Assembly: GCA_030324005.1 (NCBI GenBank)
Contig: JARDVH010000169.1
Location: forward strand, 12,586,198-12,650,197
Source: Negaprion brevirostris
Taxonomy: Eukaryota
Length of the DNA stretch: 64,000 bases
Direction of reading: 5' to 3'
Shown in pieces: positions 22,991 through 35,322 of this stretch. The notes beneath the pieces were generated by a model, which worked only from the letters and a program-made list of their open reading frames with translations, ran no database searches and was not told the origin of the DNA. A program made the position numbers and the translations under genes. Positions within the stretch are counted from its first letter, which is position 1. Every line of letters starts with the position of its first letter.

Positions 22991-25900
22991 ACTTCAATCA
23001 TTGACCTGAGTCTTGTGGTTCATTAGCTGGTCTATCAATAATAATGAAGTTTGAACCATTCTTGGCCAGTCACTAGGACAAAGTTCCATTTTAAATGAGT
23101 ATTTCACTTCAGGGAAGGAGAAGATTCAGATTTCCTGCTGTAGCTCACAAGACCACATTTTCTATTGGTTAAGTAAATTAAGACCATATCTTCCTCTGCG
23201 GGCTAGTTTATAAAACATTGGATATGAGTAAACGCATGACTAAGATCACTATAAAGCTGTAGATCTGTGTCTTGATTCTAGGATTGCAAGAGTTTATTGT
23301 AATTAACTCTGAAAAGCTTGCTTGTTAGACTGTTTGAAATGGATAATAAGTCTGTCCAATAAAGTATCGCTCAGAAGGTAAGAACAGCTAGACTTATGAG
23401 TTTGTTAGTGAGTGTGTGAGGTAGGTAGCCTGCGTATGTGCAATCACACGAGAATAAATTTAGCAAGACTGTCTCTTATGAATGCACTCACTAATGAGAT
23501 GGGCTACAATTGTCCCCGTCCTGCTGGACTTGGAAAACTTTGGAGAGAAACCAGCCAGGATTCAATAGGTGAGATTTAATTTGAATAGATAATCTGGATT
23601 CCATTCACTTGTGGAATTTGAGACGGAATTTGGCAGAACATTCCTTGAAAGGATTGAACAAGTTTGGTAAAACCCATGAACAAGTAGATTATATGTTGCC
23701 TGAGGAGGGACCACACTTAGAGATAGATAAATGGCCGTTTCTTATGAATTGTAATTTAACCTTTTTAATGAAGGAAATACCAAGTGATGTAATGCAGTGG
23801 TATAACAACACATTTTACATTGAATACAAGGAAATGTTTCATATCCCCTGCATTGTGACTTTTTCATCCTCAACTGATGTTTCAGGGAAAGTTAACAAGT
23901 GGATATTTCCTGCAAAGAAAGGGAAGGCCAGTTGTAGTGTAATGCAATATGTGTATGATTTTGTGTGCATTCCAGTACCATTCATTCCACAGCAGTGTTA
24001 TTGATGCATTTACAGGTAAACTAAGTAAATAATTTGGAGGGAATGTAGTTAAGTAGTGCAGGAGAAGGAAATGGAGGAATATATTGACACGGTGAGGTGC
24101 TGTAAGATGAGAGGAAACATGGGAAATGAAAAACTGTCAGATGTTAATTCATGCCCCCTTTATTTGCATATCAAGAAACAGTTCAAGGACTGCACTTTGC
24201 TAGAGGAAATAGATGGTGAATGATGTCATAAAAAGGCAGGAAGACTTGAGACCAAAGTGTTGAAGCATTTTGCTACCTTCTGATCCTGACTCTGCAGAAG
24301 GAGCTAACTTGGAGTTGTTTGCAGTGCATCAAATTCACCAGCAGGGAAAAGAAGATGGAGGCATTTGCACCAAAGCTATTGAAACTTCACAAGGACAACA
24401 TTGCAAATAGCTTAATAACTACATTCCCTCCAAATTATTTACTTTTTACTATATTATAAAAGATTGAATAATGAAGAGCTTTGACATTTTCAGTTTACAA
24501 TATGTTTAAGTGTTTATGTTTCCATTCTTAGCACAGATTTGAAATTTTTGACTATAGTCATTTCTAAGATTTCCTCCTTCAACCTTTCTCATGCAGAAGT
24601 TTTGAGAGTGCCACTTATTTTTCCAGTTAAGTTAACTCAAACTCGATGTTGATAAACACATTTTATGATTGCATGATTATAATCTGGCCTAAATAATCAC
24701 ATCCATGTGCTTGATTAGCTGTGGCACGCAGATAGCAACTGTCTAAATCCAAATATTATATACACCTTAATTGTTCTGCTTGATCTAGAGTTTATTACAA
24801 ATGCTTTACATTAAAGATAATGCAATTTAGATTTGTTTGCAGCAGAGATCTGAATAAAACCAGATTGCATTTATTTACAACATGATGAACTGAGTTAAGC
24901 AGTGTTTAATGAATGAATCATATTGCACAGGGAACCATTGTCAGTGCAGGAATGCATTTCACATTTAGTTCAAAACGTAAATTTTAACAATTGCGATCAC
25001 ATTGGTAAATAACTTACATTTATGCTTTAAACTTCATGTGATTGAAATTTCAGAAAACAAAGTGATTAGAAACATCATAAGTATTCTGGTAGTGGGAGAA
25101 TCAATGCTCAATCATATGCAGTCATTTGACTTCTAGTTACAGATCACACATGGTTGAGTTGCTCAGTACATCAAAAATATTGCTGCATGAAAGAAAATGT
25201 TCCTCCTGGTTCTCCATCACTCTTGACTTGCTCTATTGATTTCCACCTATCTGTACCTTGCTCAATTTTCACTGCCATCTTTCTTCAGCCAAGGTTGCCA
25301 CTTCTGGATATTCAGGGTTTCAGCTCCTCTGGTAGGGTACTTCTGAATACTAAAAATAAAATGGTTAACATCTGTTGTAATCATATACAGAGGAGTGATT
25401 GTACAAACATGCTTCAGAAGTGTTTTATTAAATGAAATTAAACCCCTTGGATGTTTTTTAGTTGCCTATAATGCCACTCCAAGATGGGTTACAAGGTGGC
25501 TAGAATGAAGGCAAACAAGATAGGAAGTTTCAGATTTTTCTTCTCTCCTGGAATACGATGTTAATATACAGTTCATCAATTACCCAATAGTCAAGATGGG
25601 TTATAATTTGTTGAAGTCATTCAGGTTTAAAATAACTGCACATGAAGCTAGCCTTTGACTTTGTTAAAAACAGTGAAGATCATACCTGATTGTTTCCACT
25701 GCATCCCCTTCACACAAGCAATTCAATTTAATTCGCATCACAATACTTAAATCTGAACTCCTTACTGTTGATACATTGAACTCTCATAGTGCTGCAGCAC
25801 TGAAATCCTCAGCAATATCTGATCCAGTGAAGAGTAACAGATTTGTGTTAAAACACTAAACAGGGAGAGGATTAGTTGAAGGTAACTAAGATTTCCAAAT

Positions 25901-26069
25901 GCACGTTGTCATGCACTTGGACAAGAAGAGTGAGGTAAAGTGGAAATCTTTGAAGAAACAGTCCAGNNNNNNNNNNTTTCAGTGGATTATAGAAAACATC
26001 TTTTCCCAGATATAGGTGCACAACACAAACCTCAGCAACTATTTCGTACAGCATGGCACTAAGTATGTA

Positions 26070-26598
26070 GTGTGACCACATCATGAGCACTGTGTGCAGT
26101 TTTGGTCTCTGTGTCTAAGGAAGGATAAACTTGTGTTGATGGCAGTAGGCGTAGCCTTATTAGATAGGTTCCTGGGATAAGAAGCTATTCTATAATGAGA
26201 GGCAGATCAAATTGGGTAAATACTCACTGGAGTTTAGAAGAATGAGAGATGATCTCATTGAAATTGAAAATTCTGAAAGGCTAAACACGAAGAGATTGTT
26301 TTCCCTGGAAAATCCACAATTCAGGGGAACAGACTCAGGATGAAGGGTATTTTTTTTAAGACTGAGATGAGGAGAAATTCCTTCACCCAGTGGGTTGTGA
26401 ATCTTAATAATTCTCTAACTCAGAATTCTCATGTTCCCATCTTGAGTATTTTGTAGGCTGGAATAGATTGATTTTGATTCTTGAGAAATCAAGGAATAAA
26501 GGGAGCAGGGAAGGGAAAGTGGCATTACTGATGACCCATGACCAAATTTAATGACACATCAGGCTCAAGGGGCTGCTCTTTCTCATCTGTTCTTAAGT
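26070..26598 (+). mobile_element. CR1 LINE 3' fragment
   Basis: gaccacatcatgagcactgtgtgcagttttggtct...tttagaagaatgagagatgatctcattgaaa...gactgagatgaggagaaattccttcacccag. Confidence 0.8.
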
Positions 26599-26699
26599 TA
26601 ACCTCATAAGTCATTGATAAAAGAGTAGATGGGGTAGAGAATGTTAGGAGTTTTTCTTCTAAGCTCAGGGAGGGAAAATCCAGCAAATGTTGGTGAATG

Positions 26700-27189
26700 G
26701 TGAACTGAGATACCAAGGTGTCTCATCTCTGAGACTGAAACCAGTAAGTAAATGAGAAGGAATAGAGTCCATCTTTGACCTACAACTGAGTTGAAAAAGC
26801 CGAAAGGATCATCAATAATATCATAACTATTGAGCCAACATCGACAGCATCTCCAACAAGCAATGCAATGGCAATAACGTCATCAGCAGGTGATGCAATA
26901 TTAGCAACATCAAGCATGACTCAGAGATGACCAGAAGCAACATGCACATCAATGCCTTTGCAGAATGCCAACTCGCTACTTGAGCGATCAAAGCCAAATC
27001 CACGAGATGGAGGCACAACATCCTACCACCTAAGTGATACCATGAATAATGTTTTTTCTCAGAAATAAAACTATAAAATACCCTGAAGGAGTTCAAAAAG
27101 TCAATTGTTAACCGATTTTTGGGGAGGGAAAAAGAGCTATTGGTTGGAACACTGATATTGATATAGAAACTTTTTTTTTCAAAGAAGGA
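26700..27189 (+). mobile_element. Gypsy integrase C-terminus, 3' region and PPT
   Basis: EIPRCLISETETSK*MRRNRVHL matches the PRSY.VET...RRNRRHL module; STRWRHNILPPK*YHE* resembles TRSGR.IKPP.RY; purine tract aaagaagga at 27181-27189. Confidence 0.65.
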
Positions 27190-27413
27190 TGCTATTTTGC
27201 TGTGTTGTCCCTGGTGGGTTGTGATTAATAGTTAGTCTGCTGATGTCTGCAACAACTGCTGCTTTACTGCGATCGTGTGCTTAGTGGTGGTGTACCTATC
27301 TATTGGTCTACCAACCTGATGGAGAGTAGGAAGAAATAGACTCGACGAAGTTCCAGTATTTTGAGCCTGAATTGTGATTATTTCTTCAGTCATGAAAACC
27401 AGAAGACATAACA
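27190..27413 (+). mobile_element. Gypsy 3' LTR
   Basis: Starts tgctat immediately after the PPT and ends acataaca (TG...CA, imperfect terminal IR). Confidence 0.55.
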
Positions 27414-28675
27414 CTTTATTCAGTGTGACAATGGCTGTCTGCTGTGCGCTGAAAGCTCAGGCTTTATATTTGCCTCACATAGGCTAATACTCCTTTCATC
27501 CATGCAATTATAAAATGTATTTATTTTGGGGCACTATTTGCAGATCTTCCTGTGGAAAAGATCTCAAAGTTTCAGTGTATCAAAGCTCATCAGCTTTTGC
27601 ATTTCCAGTACTGGGCCCCACAATCAGACATGATTTATTTGTTACCATTCCACTTTGGACAACATTTTTGTGGTTTGTTTGCATTTCTGTCAAGCCCTGG
27701 GATTTTTTTTTGGCTTTGGCAAGCAGTTTGTGCATGGAGAACAGAAGTGGATATATTTTGGAATGACTTTATAAATGTGAAGATGACGGATAGAGTAAAA
27801 TTATTATTGTCAAATGCAGAGCATCAATTAACAAGATAATATGCCAAGTTGCCTCAAAAGTAAATACAGATAAAGAGTTTGGTGAACAAAAATGATTCAT
27901 GCTGATTGTTAAATACAGAATATTGTGCTGATAGCTGAGCATTACAGGAGCTCTTTTGCAAGTTTGGAAGACCTCATAACTCATCTGTGGCAAAGTTATA
28001 AAGTCTTTTTGACAAATAAAATAAGCTTTGCAGTTCACCCACATCACTGGTGTCGTTTTCAGATTTGTTTAATGAGAAACGCACTAAAAGTAGTCAAAGA
28101 TCTCGGCCCTTTGGGCATGTGCTTTTACATGTAGCCCTCCCTGACCCCCAACCACCACCCCATGCTGACTGAATCGGGATACTTTTACTGGCGGCTTACA
28201 TGAGATGCGAGTAGATGAACAGGGATCCATCTGTGAGAAGCTGATAGATTCTTTGCCACGTTGTTCCACTTTCCCTTGCAGCATTGATGAAAATGTGCTT
28301 CTGCTGCAGCCAGCCTTTTGCATGAGCATGCACAGAACTGAAGATGACAAACGTGCTGTGAACTAAGCAGAAAAGCTGGTAAACATGCAGGCACCATCTC
28401 CTATTGGCATTATTTGGAGCAGGTGATAAAAAACATTTACAAACTTTATCATTGCTATGGCAAGAAACATCAGTGTAGGCAGATCAAATGGCTCGTTTCT
28501 TTGTGGATTATGTGGTCGCATTCTATAATTGTAGGGACGTGTTGCACCCCATTGATGCCCAGTTACTAATTAATGCCCATGATTCTGAACACAAGGACCT
28601 CCCGATTTCAGCCATTCTACTATAAATATTAATAAAGGAGTACGTCATGTGTAGAAAGAAATGAAGTAACTCGGT

Positions 28676-29232
28676 ATTTTATTGTACCTTTGACAATCTA
28701 AGGATGTCTCAGAGCACTTCATGGGTGAGTATGTATTGTTGCAGTGTAGTTATTTTAATATAGGGAGCACACAATCAGTACGAATTCATGTGTAGCAAAC
28801 TTCTAAAAACAAAATTAAATAAATGGCTAGATCATCTCACAGCACCAGGGACCTGGGTTCGATTCCCAGCGTGGGTCACTGACTGTGTGGAGTCTGCACA
28901 TTCTCCCGTGTCTTCATGGGTTTCCTCCAGGTGTTCCGGTTTCCTTCCACATTCCAAAGATGTGCAGGTTAGAGTGATTGGCCATGCTAAATTGCCCCAT
29001 AGTGTCAGGGGGACTAGCAGGGTATATACATGGGGTTATGGGGATAAGGCCTGGGTGGAATTGTGGTTGATGCAGACTCAAAGGGCCGAATGGCCTCTGT
29101 CTGCACTGTAGGATTCTATGATGTTGTTTGGGATTTAATTACAGGCCAGGACACTGGAAGAGCTCCTCTAATCTTTGAAAGATAATGGGTGACTGAGATC
29201 TCAGTTTAACATCACATCTAAAAGGCAGTACC
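28676..29232 (-). mobile_element. Deu-domain SINE interrupted by an HE1 insertion
   Basis: Tail half at 28676-28835 and Deu half at 29123-29232 (ggccaggacactgg...cagtttaacatcacatctaaaaggcag) lie on either side of the HE1 copy. Confidence 0.55.
28836..29122 (+). mobile_element. HE1-like V-SINE
   Basis: ctcacagcaccagggacctgggttcgattccc B-box, V-domain, tail gggccgaatggcctctgtctgcactgtaggattctatga. Confidence 0.9.
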
Positions 29233-32085
29233 TTGGTTCCATTGTTAGCTGTCGGGCTGTCCTGGCAATGTCTTCTATTGCTTGATTTGAATTGCGAGAG
29301 CTGAATTAAGCAAATCCTTTTCTTTGTATTTAGAACATTCATACTACCCGTCATCAGTATGCAACTTAACAAAAAAAAATTTAATTGGCTCCTCTGCCCT
29401 CTTTAGAACAGGGATGTTCTTCTGTGATGTTGAATTTATCCACTCATAATGTGATGAGATCGAGTTGGAAAATTTTACGTAGCAGATGCAGATTTACAGC
29501 TGATAAATTAGTATAATTAATGCATTTTCCAAAGCATTATTAAAGCTGAATTTTAGAACTACCATTAGCCTTGGCACTAGTGTGAGATTAATAGCAATTG
29601 TGGGTGATTATCCTTTTAGATTATTATTACAAAATATAAGGGATTGCACCAACATGACCATTTTATTACCCCCAAGCAAGAGTGTTTGCAGTCATGATTT
29701 TTGGATGAAATGTTGAAATACATCTAACAATAAACCCCCATAATGGCTTCATGCTGAACTCAGTGTGATGAAAGAGCTCAGAATGGATCATTATTCAATA
29801 GTGTTGAACTATTACTGAGTTGTTTTTAATCATCACAAATGGAGTACAATTCTATGCTTTAAAGTGTATGACATATTTCACTTCATACCTTACATGGCTT
29901 CGCCATACTTGTTTGGGGATTAAAATTTTTGTAAGCCTATATTGGTTCCTCATGGTGCATTTGAGCTTGAGTTGTTTAAGAAGGCCAAAACGAAGTTAGA
30001 CAGGGTCACAAAAAATCTTTTGGGAAAGGAGCCTTGGAAAAGGAGATGGACAATGTTCAAACATTATTTTGGCTTAAATATTGCTACATATTTGTAACTG
30101 GAAAGGGATGTTGCAAATATCAGTTGTATTGAAAACAGAATTGAGTAATGTGTTCATGATGTTATGGTTAGATTCAGCATGTGGAGCTTTGACTATCAAG
30201 TCTCAAAGCCGAGTGTTTGTCATTTATTCTCTTAGCCACTCCTCACATTCAGCTGGGATAACGTTCCGTGGGTGCTGTGGTAATCACCCAACTGCCATTT
30301 TCTTGTGTGATCCTGGATGTCAGTGGGCTAATAAACTGTGGAGTGAAATCTCACATCTATGGCCTAATAGGATTCACTGCTGTGATCAGAAATGGAACTT
30401 TGTGTAACTTTGTTTTTCCCCTTCCAGAGTCCAAAGTTGAGAGCCAGCTGTAAATCTTCCACGTTGACTGGATTGAGATTAGATAACTTAGTAAAGACCA
30501 GGGAACACATTTGGCATCTTGCTACTGTGTTTATTTCACTGGCATGCTGCAAAATGTATTTACTCATTGGAGAATTGGGCCTGTTCTAGATTTGTCAATT
30601 CATCTGAATTTTGTACTCTTATCACTATTGTTTCCTTTCTTTACCAATATTATATTCTCAGCCATACCCAATGCCAGATCTTCATCTGCACTGAAGTCAA
30701 TGAATCAAATAAACCAATGAACAATTGGACTGCATAGATGTGAATGAGTCAGAAGCAGTTTGTTTTCTTTAAACAACTATTAAATCCATTCTTTCTGCAA
30801 CTTTTCTGAATTAAAGCAGAAGTCATGCTATGTTTTCATTGTCACTGAGGGTTCTGTTGCTAGTTGCGACTTCATGAAAGTTAACATTTTTGGGATCAGG
30901 AGAAGAGGATATTAATTTTGAAAATTAAAACTCTTTCTTTACCTGTATCTATCTTGTGGATAGTTTTTGCTAAGTAGCAGGAGTCGAGAAAGTTTCCTCC
31001 TCGGCCCGCCTACCTCAGAGAAAGTGAGAGGAAAGATGTGATTTTTATTCTGGGGGTGCAGGTTCAGGCTGCAGTCAAACCAGTCAATCTGGGAATAATT
31101 CCAGAGGCATCTTCAGGGATTGCTCATTTCAGGGGCAAGCTGTGTAAAAGGCCTACCTCAGTGCTGTGGAACTTTGCCTCGATTATAATAAAAACAGAAA
31201 AGTTCTCCTGCCCTTATCTCTCACACACTCATCATGCTCCATCTATGCCCTATTAAAATAGTGCATAAGAGGAGACCCAAGCATCCATTGAAATGGATGA
31301 GCCCCAGGGAAAGCATTGCTTATTGACAGCTCTGGCTCTCTGAGCTATGCTGCCAATTGCACAAGATCAAGAGGTTTCAAGTGCTTGCACTTTCTATTAT
31401 TGATATTTTAAAGGGTCTGGATGATTGACACTTCTGTTGAGCTGTAGCAAAATGAATTTATTTGCATGAATTTATTCAACATCCTTTCAGAAATGTTTAT
31501 GAGAGAGACAATTGATGGATACGAAGGTGCAATACCAATTGATGAAAGGTGAGTTTTGACTCATTGACATACTGATAACATTATTCTGCTCAATATTTAA
31601 GCGGTGGAGTTACATGAGTTGATCATCCTGATCAAGTTAATTTAGTCTCCTGGTCAATGTCAAAAAGACAAAGATGATAGAGATGAGTGGAAAAAACAGC
31701 AAAATTCTGTTTCATTGATTTCAGCTTCAATAGGTTGATGTCTTCCCGTAACTTGGGTCACTCATTAAACAAAGTACAGACACTACGAAAGAGATTTGCA
31801 AGGGTCATGGTTCAGTAAATTCACTTCAGAGTATGGAGTAGCCTCAGCATCTGCTTTACAGTGAAAGTCGATCTTCTAAGAGTCCTTGTGTGGCCAATGA
31901 TAATGCATGGCTGTGAATGCTGTACTGTCAAGAAGACAGCTTAGGTTTGGATAAGAGCATTTGAAATGAAAAGACTCAAATGAATGTTGTGTGTGTTATG
32001 GATGGCCAGACAAACAAATGTGTGGGTTCTTAAAAAAGCTGTATCAGGAGGAGCTTGTTTGATGTAGTGATATCAAGGAGGCTTT

Positions 32086-32428
32086 TTTTTAAAATTCATT
32101 AGTGGGACATGGGTGTCGCTGTCTGGCCAGCATTTATTGCCCATCCCTAGTTGCCTGACTGCAGTTGAGAGTCAACCACAGTACTGTGGCTCTGGAGTCA
32201 CATGTAGGCCAGACCAGATAAGGATGGCAAATTTCCATCCCTAAAGGACATCAGTGAATCGACAATCGACAATGGTTTCATGGTCATCAGTAGATTCTTA
32301 ATTCCAGATTTTTATTGAATTCAAATTCCACCATCTGCCATGGTGAGGTTCAAACCTGTTTCCCCAGAGCATTAGCTGAGCTTCTGAATTAATTGCCTAG
32401 CGATAATACTACTCGGTCATCACCTCCC
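32086..32428 (-). mobile_element. tRNA-headed SINE with tail of the 14527-15468 LINE
   Basis: A-box-like tgaccgagtag, B-box-like ggtttgaacc; tail ggcaactagggatgggcaataaatgctggcc...gaattttaaaaaaaa. Confidence 0.8.
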
Positions 32429-32436
32429 CATAACAT

Positions 32437-33528
32437 TGATTTGATTTGTTATTGTCACATGTATTAGTCTACATTGAAAAGTATTGTTTCTTGCATGTGA
32501 TACCATTCATAGAGAAGGAAGTGAGAGAATGCAGACGTAGTGTTACAGTCATAGCTAGGCTGTAGAGAAAGATCAGATTAAAAAAAGGTAGGTCCATTCA
32601 AAAGTCCGATGGCAACAGGGAAGAAGCTGTTCTTGAGTCACTTGTCATGTGCTCTCAGACTTTTGTATCTTTTTCCTGACTGAAGAAGGTGGAAGAGAGA
32701 ATATCTGGGGTGTGTGGGGTCCTTAATTATGCTGGCTGCTTTGTCAAGGCAGTGGGAAGTGTAGACAGAGTCAATGGATAGAAGGCTGGTTTGCGTGATG
32801 GATTGGGCTACAGTCATGGTCTTTCGTAGTTTCTTGCTGTCTTGGGAAAAAAAGGAGCCATACCAAGCTGTGATACAACCAGGAAGAATGCTTTCTGCGG
32901 TGCATCAATAAAAGTTGGTGAGAGTCATGTAGCTGACATGCAAAATTTCCTTAGTCTTCCAAGAAAGTAGGGGCATTGGTGGGCTTTCTTAACTATAGTG
33001 NNNNNNNNNNNNNNNNNNNNNNNNNNNNNNNNNNNNNNNNNNNNNNNNNNNNNNNNNNNNNNNNNNNNNNNNNNNNNNNNNNNNNNNNNNNNNNNNNNNN
33101 NNNNNNNNNNNNNNNNNNNNNNNNNNNNNNNNNNNNNNNNNNNNNNNNNNNNNNNNNNNNNNNNNNNNNNNNNNNNNNNNNNNNNNNNNNNNNNNNNNNN
33201 NNNNNNNNNNNNNNNNNNNNNNNNNNNNNNNNNNNNNNNNNNNNNNNNNNNNNNNNNNNNNNNNNNNNNNNNNNNNNNNNNNNNNNNNNNNNNNNNNNNN
33301 NNNNNNNNNNNNNNNNNNNNNNNNNNNNNNNNNNNNNNNNNNNNNNNNNNNNNNNACAGCCTTGTGGGGCACCAGTGTTGAGGATGATCGTGGAGGAGGT
33401 GTTGTTGCCTATCCTTACTGATTGTGGTCTGTATGTTAGGAAGTTCAGGGTCCAGTTGCAGAGGGAGGAACCAAGACCCAGGCCACAGAGTTTGGAGATG
33501 AGCTTCGTAGGAATAATGGTATTGAAGG
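32437..33528 (-). mobile_element. Rex1/Babar-like LINE, 5'-truncated, 8-bp TSD
   Basis: [50 protein letters not shown]; tail tgtgacaataacaaatcaaatc; TSD CATAACAT at 32429-32436 and 33529-33536. Confidence 0.9.
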
Positions 33529-34704
33529 CATAACATATGACATATTTTGGACATGTGCAGCGAACAGGAAGCCAGTGTTTGGGAAAAGAGGTAGTGCAAG
33601 GCCAAACACTCCAAGAAAAATGCACAAGGAAGAGCCAAGATGGCATGATAGATAGTATCAGAAGATTGACTGCTCTGTCTATGGTACAGGCAGTTCAGGC
33701 AGCAGAAAATATAAATCACTGGAGTTATATTGTTCATAATGAACCCTCAGAACAACAACTGGTGAAAGAAAAATGGACAGTAAAAACTTTAACAAAGTGG
33801 GAAGTTACCAATGAATTAATTTTTTAAAGCTTTTTTATATGCACCCAATTGGGTCTTTACAGTGTATAGTGGTGAATGGACATGAAAATGTCATAGCTTG
33901 GCATGGGGTACGTGAGGGGACAAAGGGGAGGAGGTAAATGAGGCGGGGGGGGGGCATTTGTTGACATGGATGGCATGAAGATGATCTTTTGAACTTGCCT
34001 TTCAAAAAGCTCCCTCATGCAAATTATGGTTCATGACATCCCTGAAGTACCATAAACGATGACTTTTGAAAAGCTGGCTTGACTCCATGAAAATTGTGAT
34101 GATTAGGGTGTGCCTATCTCCACAATGAAGCTGGCCAGGTGTGCTGGGCTCACAACCTGAAATAGCCCACATCCCTAAATGGCACACCACATAACTGGGA
34201 ATCCTGAGAATCAGACCTACCATTATTTTTAAAGAGCAACTTGCAAAAATGCAGTGTTTGGGGTTTGATGTAAGTACTGTGCCTATTTTCCAGGAATAAA
34301 ACAGGAACCTAAGCATCCAAAGTGGCGAAAGGTCAGTGAAGATTCTAGCACAAAAATTCAGGGCCTATGCCTGAATTCTGCTCTCTGTTCAGGTGTTGGA
34401 AAACTCACAAATGATGGCAGTTTGTACGATGCATGCTTCGACTTGTAGTCTCGTGCATATGAGTGGGCAGCTAGTGGATACGTTCTAATTCTTTTTACGC
34501 ACTTTAATGTGAAACAAAACATTGGTATTTGCGACAAAAGGAACAGGCTCTGTATGAGCTGGTGTAATACACATGAGGGAGGAGGGAAACTGGAGTGAGA
34601 GGGCTACAGGTGCTGGGAGCAATTACAGATCCATGGGGTTGACATTTAGGATGGAGCAAATAAGGGTGAATGAGAACAAAGTGGGAAGAGCACACCGAAG
34701 TTCA

Positions 34705-35322
34705 CATGTGGTTTTGGACATATGAACGTTCTGCACTGTTGAATAGGTACTAAACTGTAAAAAGGAAGTTCTGCTGCAATTGTGTAGGGCTTTGATGAGG
34801 CCATACCTGGAATACTGTTGTCTCTATATCTGAAATAGGATCTTTGTCTGGAAGGCGATGCAGCAAAGCCTGGGATAAAAGAGTTTTCCTAAATTGAGAG
34901 GTTGGGTACATTGGGCATATACTCTCTGAAATTTATAAGAATAAGAGGCTATCTCATTGAAATCTACAAGATTCTGAAGAGGTTTGACAGGGTAGATACT
35001 GAGAGATCATTCTCCCTGACCAGGGAATCTAGAGCACGGAAGGAATAATCTCGGGATAAAGGGTCGATTATTTAGGACTGAGATGAAGAGAAACCTCTTG
35101 TTGTGAATCATTGGAATTCTCTAACCCAGAGGAATGTCGGTACTCCATCCTTGAGTATATTCAAAGCTGGGATAAATTTTTGATCTCTTCTGGATTCAAG
35201 GCGAAAGGAGAGCAGGCAGGAAAATGGAGTTGAGGCAGAACATCAGATACGATTGTATGGAATGACAGAGCAGGCATGAGGGGCCATACAGCCTACTCCT
35301 GTTCCTATTTCTTATGTTCTTA
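34705..35322 (+). mobile_element. CR1 LINE 3' fragment
   Basis: Decayed KKEVLLQLCRALMRPYLEYC...FRTEMKRN..VNHWNSL; tail cctactcctgttcctatttcttatgttctt. Confidence 0.85.

Larger units (their letters stand above)
31540..33745 (+). mobile_element. RTE-clade LINE 3' part split by two insertions
   Basis: KVDLLRVLVWPMIMHGCEC..IRAFEMK..LWMARQTN..RR (to 32083) continues as [30 protein letters not shown] (from 33537), the RTE/BovB-type C-terminus. Confidence 0.8.

Noticed and set aside
32258-32300. Hammerhead-like CUGAUGA-ccau-GAAAC-cauu-GUC on the minus strand of the SINE
   Set aside because: No stem II, stem I is out of register, and the motif is absent in the homologous copy at about 9435-9465.
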